Of a stretch of DNA of 64,000 nt, positions 24,601 to 40,700 are shown in pieces. Under the pieces are notes generated by a model. That model was not told the DNA's origin and made no database searches. It was given only the letters and a program-made list of their open reading frames with translations. How positions within the stretch are numbered: position 1 is the first letter of the stretch; every line of letters begins with the position of its first letter. The position numbers and the translations under genes are program-made. Source of the DNA: Auanema rhodensis (lineage: Eukaryota; Animalia; Nematoda); the NCBI GenBank assembly GCA_964057225.1, contig OZ059897.1:2852001-2916000 (forward strand). The letters are read 5' to 3'.

Positions 24601-27600
24601 TGTTCACACTTATATCCTCGATTTTCACCCTGAAGAATTAATTTTTTCGTTGAATAACATTGTCCATCGTCTTTGCCTTGAAAAAAGAAATCTAAAAACA
24701 TCTACTTTTTGTGAAATTATTTAGAAATTTTTCGGGAAAATTTTTGTCACAATGTTTTTGGAAGCAATGTTAAGTGTACATGGGAGCTCAACACACACTA
24801 ATGCATTATTTTTCAAACGATCATAACTAATTTTTGTATAGAGCGTTTCTCAATGTAGTATAGTGCATTCGATGCGGATTTTTAAGCTGCGTCGATCTGT
24901 GTTATCAGATTTGCGCTAGCTTAAAAATGCTCCGAGATATCAACTTATATAAGTTCACACTTATATCCTCGATTTTCACCCTGAAGAATTAATTTTTTCG
25001 TTGAATAACATTGTCCATCGTCTTCGCCTTGAAATAAGGAATCTAAAAACATTCACTTTTTGTGAAATTATTCAGAAATTTTTCGGGAAAATTTTTGTCA
25101 AAATGTTTTTGGAAGCAATGTTGAGTGTACATGGGAACTCAGCATACACTAATGCATTATTTTTCAAACGATCATAACTAATTTTTGTATAGAGCGTTTC
25201 TCAATGTAGTATAGTGCATTCGATGCGGATTTTTAAGCTGCGTCGATCTGTGTTATCAGATTTGAGGTAGCTTAAAAATGCACCGAGATATCAACTGATA
25301 TATGTTCACACTTATATCCTCGATTTTCACCCTGAAGAATTAATTTTTTCGTTGAATAACATTGTCCATCGTCTTTGCCTTGAAAAAAGAAATCTAAAAA
25401 CATCTACTTTTTGTGAAATTATTTAGAAATTTTTCGGGAAAATTTTTGTCACAATGTTTTTGGAAGCAATGTTAAGTGTACATGGGAACTCAACACACAC
25501 TAATGCATTATTTTTCAAACGATCATAACTAATTTTTGTATTAAGCTTTTCTCAATGTAGTATAGTGCAGTCGATGCGGATTTTTAAGCTGCGTCGATCT
25601 GTGTTATCAGATTTGCGCTAGCTTAAAAATGCTCCGAGATATCAACTTATATAAGTTCACACTTATATCCTCGATTTTCACCCTGAAGAATTAATTTTTT
25701 CGTTGAATAACATTGTCGATCGTCTTTGCCTTGAAAAAAGGAATCTAAAAACATTTACTTTTTGTGAAATTATTCAGAAATTTTTCGGGAAAATTTTTGT
25801 CAAAATGTTTTTGGAAACAATGTTGAGTGTACATGGGAACTCAACATACACTAATGCATTATTTTTCAAACGATCATAACTAATTTTTGTATAGAGCGTT
25901 TCTCAATGTAGTATAGTGCATTCGATGCGGATTTTTAAGCTGCGTCGATCTGTGTTATCAGATTTGAGTTAGCTTAAAAATGCACCGAGATATTAACTGA
26001 TATAGGTTCACACTTGTATCCTCGATTTTCACCCTGAAGAAATGATTTTTTCGTTGAAAAACATTGTCCATCGTATTCGTCTTAAAAAAAGGAATCTAAA
26101 AAAATTTACTTTTTGTGAAATTATTTAGAAATTTTTCGGGAAAATTTTTGTCAAAATGTTTTTGGAAGCAATGTTGAGTGTACATGGGAACTCAACATAC
26201 ACTAATGCATTATTTTTCAAACGATCATAACTAATTTTTGTATAGAGCGTTTCTCAATGTAGTATAGTGCATTCGATGCGGATTTTTAAGCTGCGTTGAT
26301 CTGTGTTATCAGATTTGAGTTAGCTTAAAAATGCACCGAGATATCAACTGATATAGGTTCACACTTATATCCTCGATTTTCACCCTGAAGAATTAATTTT
26401 TTTGTTGAATAACATTGTCCATCGTCTTTGCCTTAAAAAAAGAAATCTAAAAACTCCTACTTTTTGTGAAATTATTTAGAAATTTTTCGGGAAATTTTTT
26501 GTCACAATGTTTTTGGAAGCAATGTTGTGTGTACATGGTAACTCAGCATACACTAATGCATTATTTTTCAGACGATCATAACTAATTTTTGTATAGAGCG
26601 TTTCTCAATGTAGTATAGTGCATTCGATGCGGATTTTTAAGCTGCGTTGATCTGTGTTATCAGATTTGAGTTAGCTTAAAAATGCACCGAGATATCAACT
26701 GATATATGTTCACACTTATATCCTCAATTTTCACCCTGAAGAAATGATTTTTTCGTTGAATAACATTGTCCATTGTCTTCGTCTTGAAAAAAGAAATCTA
26801 AAAACATCTACTTTTTGTGAAATTATTTAGAAATTTTTCGGGAAAATTTTTGTCAAAATGTTTTTGGAAGCAATGTTGAGTGTACATGGGAACTCAACAT
26901 ACACTAATGCATTATTTTTCAAACGATCATAACTAATTTTTGTATAGAGCGTTTCTCAATGTAGTATAGTGCATTCGATGCGGATTTTTAAGCTGCGTTG
27001 ATCTGTGTTATCAGATTTGAGTTAGCTTAAAAATGCACCGAGATATCAACTGATATAGGTTCACACTTATATCCTCGATTTTCACCCTGAAGAATTAATT
27101 TTTTTGTTGAATAACATTGTCCATCGTCTTTGCCTTAAAAAAAGAAATCTAAAAACTCATACTTTTTGTGAAATTATTTAGAAATTTTTCGGGAAATTTT
27201 TTGTCACAATGTTTTTGGAAGCAATGTTGTGTGTACATGGTAACTCAGCATACACTAATGCATTATTTTTCAGACGATCATAACTAATTTTTGTATAGAG
27301 CGTTTCTCAATGTAGTATAGTGCATTCGATGCGGATTTTTAAGCTGCGTTGATCTGTGTTATCAGATTTGAGTTAGCTTAAAAATGCACCGAGATATCAA
27401 CTGATATATGTTCACACTTATATCCTCAATTTTCACCCTGAAGAAATGATTTTTTCGTTGAATAACATTGTCCATTGTCTTCGTCTTGAAAAAAGAAATC
27501 TAAAAACATCTACTTTTTGTGAAATTATTTAGAAATTTTTCGGGAAAATTTTTGTCAAAATGTTTTTGGAAGCAATGTTGAGTGTACATGGGAACTCAAC

Positions 27601-28780
27601 ATACACTAATGCATTATTTTTCAAACGATCATAACTAATTTTTGTATAGAGCGTTTCTCAATGTAGTATAGTGCATTCGATGCGGATTTTTAAGCTGCGT
27701 TGATCTGTGTTATCATATTTGAGTTAACTTAAAAATGCACCGAGATATCAACTGATATATGTTCACACTTATATCCTCGATTTTCACCCTGGAGAAATGA
27801 TTTTTTCGTTGAAAAACATTGTCCATCGTATTCGTCTTGAAAAAAGGAATCCAAAAACATCTACTTTTTGTGAAATTATTCAGAAATTTTTCGGGAAAAT
27901 TTTAGTCAAAATGTTTTTGGAAGCAATGTTGAGTGTACATGGGAACTCAACATACACTAATGCATTATTTTTCAAACGATCATAACTAATTTTTGTATTA
28001 AGCTTTTCTCAATGTAGTATAGTGCAGTCGATGCGGATTTTTAAGCTGCGTCGATCTGTGTTATCAGATTTGCGCTAGCTTAAAAATGCTCCGAGATATC
28101 AACTTATATAAGTTCACACTTATATCCTCGATTTTCACCCTGAAGAATTAATTTTTTCGTTGAATAACATTGTCGATCGTCTTTGCCTTGAAAAAAGGAA
28201 TCTAAAAACATTTACTTTTTGGGAAATTATTTAGAAATTTTTCGGGAAAATTTTTGTCAAAATGTTTTTGGAAGCAATGTTGAGTGTACATGGGAACTCA
28301 ACATACACTAATGCATTATTTTTCAAACGATCATAACTAATTTTTGTATAGAGCGTTTCTCAATGTAGTATAGTGCATTCGATGCGGATTTTTAAGCTGC
28401 GTTGATCTGTGTTATCAGATTTGAGTTAACTTAAAAATGCACCGAGATATCAACTGATATAGGTTCACACTTATATCCTCGATTTTCACCCTGAAGAAAT
28501 GATTTTTTCGTTGAAAAACATTGTCCATCGTATTTGTCTTGAAAAAAGGAATCTAAAAACATCTACTTTTTGTGAAATTATCTAGAAATTTTTCGGGAAA
28601 ATTTTTGTCACAATGTTTTTGGAAGCAATGTTGAGTGTACATGGGAACTCAGCATACACTAATGCATTATTTTTCAAACGATCATAACTAATTTTTGTAT
28701 AGAGCGTTTCTCAATGTAGTATAGTGCATTCGATGCGGATTTTTAAGCTGCGTTGATCTGTGTTATCAGATTTGCGCTAG
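18602..28780. repeat. Large segment duplication with a 14-monomer (4914 bp) offset that shifts to 18 monomers (6318 bp)
   Basis: GAAATAAGG at 20117/25031 and CGTTTTTGTCTTGAG (ORFs 18671/23585) are offset by 4914. CCTGGAGAAATG (ORFs 21479/27797) and TTGGGAAATT are offset by 6318. The second copy has four extra monomers. Confidence 0.85.
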
Positions 28781-31700
28781 CTTAAAAATGCACCGAGTAA
28801 TCAACTGATATAGGTTCACACTTATATCCTCGATTTTCACCCTGAAGAATTAATTTTTTCGTTGAATAACATTGTCCATCGTCTTTGCCTTGAAAAAAGA
28901 AATCTAAAAACATCTACTTTTTGTGAAATTATTCAGAAATTTTTCGGGAAAATTTTTGTCACAATGTTTTTGGAAGCAATGTTAAGTGTACATGGGAACT
29001 CAACACACACTAATGCAATTTTTTTCAAACGATCATAACTAATTTTTGTATAGAGCGTTTCTCAATGTAGTATAGTGCATTCGATGCGGATTTTTAAGCT
29101 GCGTCGATCTGTGTTATCCGATTTGAGTTAGCTTAAAAATGCACCGAGATATCAACTGATATAGGTTCACACTTATATCCTCGATTTTCACCCTGAAGAA
29201 TTAATTTTTTCGTTGAAAAACATTGTCCATCGTATTCGTCTTGAAAAAAAGAATCTAAAAACATCTACTTTTCGTGAAATTATTTAGAAATTTTTCGGGA
29301 AAATTTTTGTCAAAATGTTTTTGGAAGCAATGTTGAGTGTACATGGGAACTCAACATACACTAATGCATTATTTTTCAAACGATCATAACTAATTTTTGT
29401 ATAGAGCGTTTCTCATTGTAGTATAGTGCATTCGATGCGGATTTTTAAGCTGCGTTGATCTGTGTTATCAGATTTGAGTTAACTTAAAAATGCACCGAGA
29501 TATCAACTGATATAGGTTCACACTTATATCCTCGATTTTCACCCTGAAGAATTAATTTTTTCGTTGAATAACATTGTTCATCGTCTTTGCCTTGAAAAAA
29601 GGAATCTAAAAACATCTACTTTTTGTGAAATTATTTAGAAATTTTTCGGGAAAATTTTTGTCACAATGTTTTTGGAAGCAATGTTGAGTGTACATGGGAA
29701 CTCAGCATACACTAATGCATTATTTTTCAAACGATCATAACTAATTTTTGTATAGAGCGTTTCTCAATGTAGTATAGTGCTGTCGATGCGGATTTTTAAG
29801 CTGCGTTGATCTGTGTTATCAGATTTGAGTTAGCTTAAAAATGCACCGAGATATCAACTGATATATGTTCACGCTTATATCCTCGATTTTCACACTGAAG
29901 AAATGATTTTTTCGTTGAATAACATTGTCCATCGTCTTCGTCTTGAAAAAAGGAATCTAAAAACATCTACTTTTTGTGAAATTATTTATAAATTTTTCGG
30001 GAAAATTTTTGTCAAAATGTTTTTGGAAGCAATGTTGAGTGTACATGGGAACTCAACATACACTAATGCATTATTTTTCAAACGATCATAACTAATTTTT
30101 GTATAGAGCGTTTCTCAATGTAGTATAGTGCATTCGATGTGGATTTTTAAGCTGCGTTGATCTGTGTTATCAGATTTGAGTTAGCTTAAAAATGCACCGA
30201 GATATCAACTGATATAGGTTCACACTTATATCCTCGATTTTCACCCTGAAGAATTAATTTTTTCGTTGAATAACATTGTCCATCGTCTTTGCCTTGAAAA
30301 AAGAAATCTAAAAACATCTACTTTTTGTGAAATTATTCAGAAATTTTTCGGGAAAATTTTTGTCACAATGTTTTTGGAAGCAATGTTAAGTGTACATGGG
30401 AACTCAACACACACTAATGCAATTTTTTTTCAAACGATCATAACTAATTTTTGTATAGAGCGTTTCTCAATGTAGTATAGTGCATTCGATGCGGATTTTT
30501 AAGCTGCGTTGATCTGTGTTATCAGATTTGAGTTAACTTAAAAATGCACCGAGATATCAACTGATATAGGTTCACACTTATATCCTCGATTTTCACCCTG
30601 AAGAATTAATTTTTTCGTTGAATAACATTGTCCATCGTCTTTGCCTTGAAAAAAGGAATCTAAAAACATCTACTTTTTGTGAAATTATTCAGAAATTTTT
30701 CGGGAAAATTTTTGTCACAATGTTTTTGGAAGCAATGTTGAGTGTACATGGGAACTCAGCATACACTAATGCATTATTTTTCAAACGATCATAACTAATT
30801 TTTGTATAGAGCGTTTCTCAATGTAGTATAGTGCATTCGATGCGGATTTTTAAGCTGCGTTGATCTGTGTTATCAGATTTGCGCTAGCTTAAAAATGCAC
30901 CGAGTAATCAACTGATATAGGTTCACACTTATATCCTCGATTTTCACCCTGAAGAATTAATTTTTTCGTTGAATAACATTGTCCATCGTCTTTGCCTTGA
31001 AAAAAGAAATCTAAAAACATCTACTTTTTGTGAAATTATTCAGAAATTTTTCGGGAAAATTTTTGTCACAATGTTTTTGGAAGCAATGTTAAGTGTACAT
31101 GGGAACTCAACACACACTAATGCAATTTTTTTCAAACGATCATAACTAATTTTTGTATAGAGCGTTTCTCAATGTAGTATAGTGCATTCGATGCGGATTT
31201 TTAAGCTGCGTCGATCTGTGTTATCCGATTTGAGTTAGCTTAAAAATGCACCGAGATATCAACTGATATAGGTTCACACTTATATCCTCGATTTTCACCC
31301 TGAAGAATTAATTTTTTCGTTGAAAAACATTGTCCATCGTATTCGTCTTGAAAAAAAGAATCTAAAAACATCTACTTTTTGTGAAATTATTTAGAAATTT
31401 TTCGGGAAAATTTTTGTCAAAATGTTTTTGGAAGCAATGTTGAGTGTACATGGGAACTCAACATACACTAATGCATTATTTTTCAAACGATCATAACTAA
31501 TTTTTGTATAGAGCGTTTCTCATTGTAGTATAGTGCATTCGATGCGGATTTTTAAGCTGCGTTGATCTGTGTTATCAGATTTGAGTTAACTTAAAAATGC
31601 ACCGAGATATCAACTGATATAGGTTCACACTTATATCCTCGATTTTCACCCTGAAGAATTAATTTTTTCGTTGAATAACATTGTTCATCGTCTTTGCCTT

Positions 31701-34700
31701 GAAAAATGGAATCTAAAAACATCTACTTTTTGTGAAATTATTCAGAAATTTTTCGGGAAAATTTTTGTCACAATGTTTTTGGAAGCAATGTTGAGTGTAC
31801 ATGGGAACTCAGCATACACTAATGCATTATTTTTCAAACGATCATAACTAATTTTTGTATAGAGCGTTTCTCAATGTAGTATAGTGCATTCGATGCGGAT
31901 TTTTAAGCTGCGTTGATCTGTGTTATCAGATTTGCGCTAGCTTAAAAATGCACCGAGTAATCAACTGATATAGGTTCACACTTATATCCTCGATTTTCAC
32001 CCTGAAGAATTAATTTTTTCGTTGAATAACATTGTCCATCGTCTTTGCCTTGAAAAAAGAAATCTAAAAACATCTACTTTTTGTGAAATTATTCAGAAAT
32101 TTTTCGGGAAAATTTTTGTCACAATGTTTTTGGAAGCAATGTTAAGTGTACATGGGAACTCAACACACACTAATGCAATTTTTTTTCAAACGATCATAAC
32201 TAATTTTTGTATAGAGCGTTTCTCAATGTAGTATAGTGCATTCGATGCGGATTTTTAAGCTGCGTTGATCTGTGTTATCAGATTTGAGTTAACTTAAAAA
32301 TGCACCGAGATATCAACTGATATAGGTTCACACTTATATCCTCGATTTTCACCCTGAAGAATTAATTTTTTCGTTGAATAACATTGTCCATCGTCTTTGC
32401 CTTGAAAAAAGAAATCTAAAAACATCTACTTTTTGTGAAATTATTCAGAAATTTTTCGGGAAAATTTTTGTCACAATGTTTTTGGAAGCAATGTTGAGTG
32501 TACATGGGAACTCAGCATACACTAATGCATTATTTTTCAAACGATCATAACTAATTTTTGTATAGAGCGTTTCTCAATGTAGTATAGTGCATTCGATGCG
32601 GATTTTTAAGCTGCGTTGATCTGTGTTATCAGATTTGCGCTAGCTTAAAAATGCACCGAGTAATCAACTGATATAGGTTCACACTTATATCCTCGATTTT
32701 CACCCTGAAGAATTAATTTTTTCGTTGAATAACATTGTCCATCGTCTTTGCCTTGAAAAAAGAAATCTAAAAACATCTACTTTTTGTGAAATTATTCAGA
32801 AATTTTTCGGGAAAATTTTTGTCACAATGTTTTTGGAAGCAATGTTAAGTGTACATGGGAACTCAACACACACTAATGCAATTTTTTTCAAACGATCATA
32901 ACTAATTTTTGTATAGAGCGTTTCTCAATGTAGTATAGTGCATTCGATGCGGATTTTTAAGCTGCGTCGATCTGTGTTATCCGATTTGAGTTAGCTTAAA
33001 AATGCACCGAGATATCAACTGATATAGGTTCACACTTATATCCTCGATTTTCACCCTGAAGAATTAATTTTTTCGTTGAAAAACATTGTCCATCGTATTC
33101 GTCTTGAAAAAAAGAATCTAAAAACATCTACTTTTTGTGAAATTATTTAGAAATTTTTCGGGAAAATTTTTGTCAAAATGTTTTTGGAAGCAATGTTGAG
33201 TGTACATGGGAACTCAACATACACTAATGCATTATTTTTCAAACGATCATAACTAATTTTTGTATAGAGCGTTTCTCATTGTAGTATAGTGCATTCGATG
33301 CGGATTTTTAAGCTGCGTTGATCTGTGTTATCAGATTTGAGTTAACTTAAAAATGCACCGAGATATCAACTGATATAGGTTCACACTTATATCCTCGATT
33401 TTCACCCTGAAGAATTAATTTTTTCGTTGAATAACATTGTTCATCGTCTTTGCCTTGAAAAAAGGAATCTAAAAACATCTACTTTTTGTGAAATTATTTA
33501 GAAATTTTTCGGGAAAATTTTTGTCACAATGTTTTTGGAAGCAATGTTGAGTGTACATGGGAACTCAGCATACACTAATGCATTATTTTTCAAACGATCA
33601 TAACTAATTTTTGTATAGAGCGTTTCTCAATGTAGTATAGTGCTGTCGATGCGGATTTTTAAGCTGCGTTGATCTGTGTTATCAGATTTGAGTTAGCTTA
33701 AAAATGCACCGAGATATCAACTGATATATGTTCACACTTATATCCTCGATTTTCACCCTGAAGAAATGATTTTTTCGTTGAATAACATTGTCCATCGTAT
33801 TCGTCTTGAAAAAAAGAATCTAAAAACATCTACTTTTTGTGAAATTATTTATAAATTTTTCGGGAAAATTTTTGTCAAAATGTTTTTGGAAGCAATGTTG
33901 AGTGTACATGGGAACTCAACATACACTAATGCATTATTTTTCAAACGATCATAACTAATTTTTGTATAGAGCGTTTCTCAATGTAGTATAGTGCATTCGA
34001 TGCGGATTTTTAAGCTGCGTTGATCTGTGTTATCAGATTTGAGTTAGCTTAAAAATGCACCGAGATATCAACTGATATATGTTCACGCTTATATCCTCGA
34101 TTTTCACCCTGAAGAAATGATTTTTTCGTTGAATAACATTGTCCATCGTCTTCGTCTTGAAAAAAGGAATCTAAAAACATCTACTTTTTGTGAAATTATT
34201 TAGAAATTTTTCGGGAAAATTTTTGTCAAAATGTTTTTGGAAGCAATGTTGAGTGTACATGGGAACTCAACATACACTAATGCATTATTTTTCAAACGAT
34301 CATAACTAATTTTTGTATTAAGCGTTTATCAATGTAGTATAGTGCATTCGATGCGGATTTTTAAGCTGCGTCGATCTGTGTTATCAGATTTGCGCTAGCT
34401 TGAAAATGCACCGAGATATCAACTGATATAGGTTCACACTTATATCCTCAATTTTCACCCTGAAGAATTAATTTTTTCGTTGAATAACATTGTCCATCGT
34501 CTTTGCCTTGAAAAAAGGAATCTAAAAACATCTACTTTTTGTGAAATTATTCAGAAATTTTTCGGGAAAATTTTTGTCACAATGTTTTTGGAAGCAATGT
34601 TGAGTGTACATGGGAACTCAGCATACACTAATGCATTATTTTTCAAACGATCATAACTAATTTTTGTATAGAGCGTTTCTCAATGTAGTATAGTGCATTC

Positions 34701-37700
34701 GATGCGGATTTTTAAGCTGCGTTGATCTGTGTTATCAGATTTGCGCTAGCTTAAAAATGCACCGAGTAATCAACTGATATAGGTTCACACTTATATCCTC
34801 GATTTTCACCCTGAAGAATTAATTTTTTCGTTGAATAACATTGTCCATCGTCTTTGCCTTGAAAAAAGAAATCTAAAAACATCTACTTTTTGTGAAATTA
34901 TTCAGAAATTTTTCGGGAAAATTTTTGTCACAATGTTTTTGGAAGCAATGTTAAGTGTATATGGGAACTCAACACACACTAATGCAATTTTTTTTCAAAC
35001 GATCATAACTAATTTTTGTATAGAGCGTTTCTCAATGTAGTATAGTGCATTCGATGCGGATTTTTAAGCTGCGTCGATCTGTGTTATCAGATTTGCGCTA
35101 GCTTGAAAATGCACCGAGATATCAACTGATATAGGTTCACACTTATATCCTCGATTTTCACCCTGAAGAATTAATTTTTTCGTTGAATAACATTGTCCAT
35201 CGTCTTTGCCTTGAAAAAAGGAATCTAAAAACATCTACTTTTTGTGAAATTATTCAGAAATTTTTCGGGAAAATTTTTGTCACAATGTTTTTGGAAGCAA
35301 TGTTGAGTGTACATGGGAACTCAGCATACACTAATGCATTATTTTTCAAACGATCATAACTAATTTTTGTATAGAGCGTTTCTCAATGTAGTATAGTGCA
35401 TTCGATGCGGATTTTTAAGCTGCGTTGATCTGTGTTATCAGATTTGCGCTAGCTTAAAAATGCACCGAGTAATCAACTGATATAGGTTCACACTTATATC
35501 CTCGATTTTCACCCTGAAGAATTAATTTTTTCGTTGAATAACATTGTCCATCGTCTTTGCCTTGAAAAAAGAAATCTAAAAACATCTACTTTTTGTGAAA
35601 TTATTCAGAAATTTTTCGGGAAAATTTTTGTCACAATGTTTTTGGAAGCAATGTTAAGTGTACATGGGAACTCAACACACACTAATGCAATTTTTTTCAA
35701 ACGATCATAACTAATTTTTGTATAGAGTGTTTCTCAATGTAGTATAGTGCATTCGATGCGGATTTTTAAGCTGCGTCGATCTGTGTTATCCGATTTGAGT
35801 TAGCTTAAAAATGCACCGAGATATCAACTGATATAGGTTCACACTTATATCCTCGATTTTCACCCTGAAGAATTAATTTTTTCGTTGAAAAACATTGTCC
35901 ATCGTATTCGTCTTGAAAAAAAGAATCTAAAAACATCTACTTTTTGTGAAATTATTTAGAAATTTTTCGGGAAAATTTTTGTCAAAATGTTTTTGGAAGC
36001 AATGTTGAGTGTACATGGGAACTCAACATACACTAATGCATTATTTTTCAAACGATCATAACTAATTTTTGTATAGAGCGTTTCTCATTGTAGTATAGTG
36101 CATTCGATGCGGATTTTTAAGCTGCGTTGATCTGTGTTATCAGATTTGAGTTAACTTAAAAATGCACCGAGATATCAACTGATATAGGTTCACACTTATA
36201 TCCTCGATTTTCACCCTGAAGAATTAATTTTTTCGTTGAATAACATTGTTCATCGTCTTTGCCTTGAAAAAAGGAATCTAAAAACATCTACTTTTTGTGA
36301 AATTATTTAGAAATTTTTCGGGAAAATTTTTGTCACAATGTTTTTGGAAGCAATGTTGAGTGTACATGGGAACTCAGCATACACTAATGCATTATTTTTC
36401 AAACGATCATAACTAATTTTTGTATAGAGCGTTTCTCAATGTAGTATAGTGCTGTCGATGCGGATTTTTAAGCTGCGTTGATCTGTGTTATCAGATTTGA
36501 GTTAGCTTAAAAATGCACCGAGATATCAACTGATATATGTTCACGCTTATATCCTCGATTTTCACACTGAAGAAATGATTTTTTCGTTGAAAAACATTGT
36601 CCATCGTATTCGTCTTGAAAAAAAGAATCTAAAAACATCTACTTTTTGTGAAATTATTTATAAATTTTTCGGGAAAATTTTTGTCAAAATGTTTTTGGAA
36701 GCAATGTTGAGTGTACATGGGAACTCAACATACACTAATGCATTATTTTTCAAACGATCATAACTAATTTTTGTATAGAGCGTTTCTCAATGTAGTATAG
36801 TGCATTCGATGCGGATTTTTAAGCTGCGTTGATCTGTGTTATCAGATTTGAGTTAGCTTAAAAATGCACCGAGATATCAACTGATATATGTTCACGCTTA
36901 TATCCTCGATTTTCACCCTGAAGAAATGATTTTTTCGTTGAATAACATTGTCCATCGTCTTCGTCTTGAAAAAAGGAATCTAAAAACATCTACTTTTTGT
37001 GAAATTATTTAGAAATTTTTCGGGAAAATTTTTGTCAAAATGTTTTTGGAAGCAATGTTGAGTGTACATGGGAACTCAACATACACTAATGCATTATTTT
37101 TCAAACGATCATAACTAATTTTTGTATTAAGCGTTTATCAATGTAGTATAGTGCATTCGATGCGGATTTTTAAGCTGCGTCGATCTGTGTTATCAGATTT
37201 GCGCTAGCTTGAAAATGCACCGAGATATCAACTGATATAGGTTCACACTTATATCCTCAATTTTCACCCTGAAGAATTAATTTTTTCGTTGAATAACATT
37301 GTCCATCGTCTTTGCCTTGAAAAAAGGAATCTAAAAACATCTACTTTTTGTGAAATTATTCAGAAATTTTTCGGGAAAATTTTTGTCACAATGTTTTTGG
37401 AAGCAATGTTGAGTGTACATGGGAACTCAGCATACACTAATGCATTATTTTTCAAACGATCATAACTAATTTTTGTATAGAGCGTTTCTCAATGTAGTAT
37501 AGTGCATTCGATGCGGATTTTTAAGCTGCGTTGATCTGTGTTATCAGATTTGCGCTAGCTTAAAAATGCACCGAGTAATCAACTGATATAGGTTCACACT
37601 TATATCCTCGATTTTCACCCTGAAGAATTAATTTTTTCGTTGAATAACATTGTCCATCGTCTTTGCCTTGAAAAAAGAAATCTAAAAACATCTACTTTTT

Positions 37701-40700
37701 GTGAAATTATTCAGAAATTTTTCGGGAAAATTTTTGTCACAATGTTTTTGGAAGCAATGTTAAGTGTACATGGGAACTCAACACACACTAATGCAATTTT
37801 TTTCAAACGATCATAACTAATTTTTGTATAGAGCGTTTCTCAATGTAGTATAGTGCATTCGATGCGGATTTTTAAGCTGCGTCGATCTGTGTTATCCGAT
37901 TTGAGTTAGCTTAAAAATGCACCGAGATATCAACTGATATAGGTTCACACTTATATCCTCGATTTTCACCCTGAAGAATTAATTTTTTCGTTGAAAAACA
38001 TTGTCCATCGTATTCGTCTTGAAAAAAAGAATCTAAAAACATCTACTTTTTGTGAAATTATTTAGAAATTTTTCGGGAAAATTTTTGTCAAAATGTTTTT
38101 GGAAGCAATGTTGAGTGTACATGGGAACTCAACATACACTAATGCATTATTTTTCAAACGATCATAACTAATTTTTGTATAGAGCGTTTCTCATTGTAGT
38201 ATAGTGCATTCGATGCGGATTTTTAAGCTGCGTTGATCTGTGTTATCAGATTTGAGTTAACTTAAAAATGCACCGAGATATCAACTGATATAGGTTCACA
38301 CTTATATCCTCGATTTTCACCCTGAAGAATTAATTTTTTCGTTGAATAACATTGTTCATCGTCTTTGCCTTGAAAAAAGGAATCTAAAAACATCTACTTT
38401 TTGTGAAATTATTTAGAAATTTTTCGGGAAAATTTTTGTCACAATGTTTTTGGAAGCAATGTTGAGTGTACATGGGAACTCAGCATACACTAATGCATTA
38501 TTTTTCAAACGATCATAACTAATTTTTGTATAGAGCGTTTCTCAATGTAGTATAGTGCTGTCGATGCGGATTTTTAAGCTGCGTTGATCTGTGTTATCAG
38601 ATTTGAGTTAGCTTAAAAATGCACCGAGATATCAACTGATATATGTTCACACTTATATCCTCGATTTTCACCCTGAAGAAATGATTTTTTCGTTGAATAA
38701 CATTGTCCATCGTATTCGTCTTGAAAAAAAGAATCTAAAAACATCTACTTTTTGTGAAATTATTTATAAATTTTTCGGGAAAATTTTTGTCAAAATGTTT
38801 TTGGAAGCAATGTTGAGTGTACATGGGAACTCAACATACACTAATGCATTATTTTTCAAACGATCATAACTAATTTTTGTATAGAGCGTTTCTCAATGTA
38901 GTATAGTGCATTCGATGCGGATTTTTAAGCTGCGTTGATCTGTGTTATCAGATTTGAGTTAGCTTAAAAATGCACCGAGATATCAACTGATATATGTTCA
39001 CGCTTATATCCTCGATTTTCACCCTGAAGAAATGATTTTTTCGTTGAATAACATTGTCCATCGTCTTCGTCTTGAAAAAAGGAATCTAAAAACATCTACT
39101 TTTTGTGAAATTATTTAGAAATTTTTCGGGAAAATTTTTGTCAAAATGTTTTTGGAAGCAATGTTGAGTGTACATGGGAACTCAACATACACTAATGCAT
39201 TATTTTTCAAACGATCATAACTAATTTTTGTATTAAGCGTTTATCAATGTAGTATAGTGCATTCGATGCGGATTTTTAAGCTGCGTCGATCTGTGTTATC
39301 AGATTTGCGCTAGCTTGAAAATGCACCGAGATATCAACTGATATAGGTTCACACTTATATCCTCAATTTTCACCCTGAAGAATTAATTTTTTCGTTGAAT
39401 AACATTGTCCATCGTCTTTGCCTTGAAAAAAGGAATCTAAAAACATCTACTTTTTGTGAAATTATTCAGAAATTTTTCGGGAAAATTTTTGTCACAATGT
39501 TTTTGGAAGCAATGTTGAGTGTACATGGGAACTCAGCATACACTAATGCATTATTTTTCAAACGATCATAACTAATTTTTGTATAGAGCGTTTCTCAATG
39601 TAGTATAGTGCATTCGATGCGGATTTTTAAGCTGCGTTGATCTGTGTTATCAGATTTGCGCTAGCTTAAAAATGCACCGAGTAATCAACTGATATAGGTT
39701 CACACTTATATCCTCGATTTTCACCCTGAAGAATTAATTTTTTCGTTGAATAACATTGTCCATCGTCTTTGCCTTGAAAAAAGAAATCTAAAAACATCTA
39801 CTTTTTGTGAAATTATTCAGAAATTTTTCGGGAAAATTTTTGTCACAATGTTTTTGGAAGCAATGTTAAGTGTACATGGGAACTCAACACACACTAATGC
39901 AATTTTTTTCAAACGATCATAACTAATTTTTGTATAGAGTGTTTCTCAATGTAGTATAGTGCATTCGATGCGGATTTTTAAGCTGCGTCGATCTGTGTTA
40001 TCCGATTTGAGTTAGCTTAAAAATGCACCGAGATATCAACTGATATAGGTTCACACTTATATCCTCGATTTTCACCCTGAAGAATTAATTTTTTCGTTGA
40101 AAAACATTGTCCATCGTATTCGTCTTGAAAAAAAGAATCTAAAAACATCTACTTTTTGTGAAATTATTTAGAAATTTTTCGGGAAAATTTTTGTCAAAAT
40201 GTTTTTGGAAGCAATGTTGAGTGTACATGGGAACTCAACATACACTAATGCATTATTTTTCAAACGATCATAACTAATTTTTGTATAGAGCGTTTCTCAT
40301 TGTAGTATAGTGCATTCGATGCGGATTTTTAAGCTGCGTTGATCTGTGTTATCAGATTTGAGTTAACTTAAAAATGCACCGAGATATCAACTGATATAGG
40401 TTCACACTTATATCCTCGATTTTCACCCTGAAGAATTAATTTTTTCGTTGAATAACATTGTTCATCGTCTTTGCCTTGAAAAAAGGAATCTAAAAACATC
40501 TACTTTTTGTGAAATTATTTAGAAATTTTTCGGGAAAATTTTTGTCACAATGTTTTTGGAAGCAATGTTGAGTGTACATGGGAACTCAGCATACACTAAT
40601 GCATTATTTTTCAAACGATCATAACTAATTTTTGTATAGAGCGTTTCTCAATGTAGTATAGTGCTGTCGATGCGGATTTTTAAGCTGCGTTGATCTGTGT

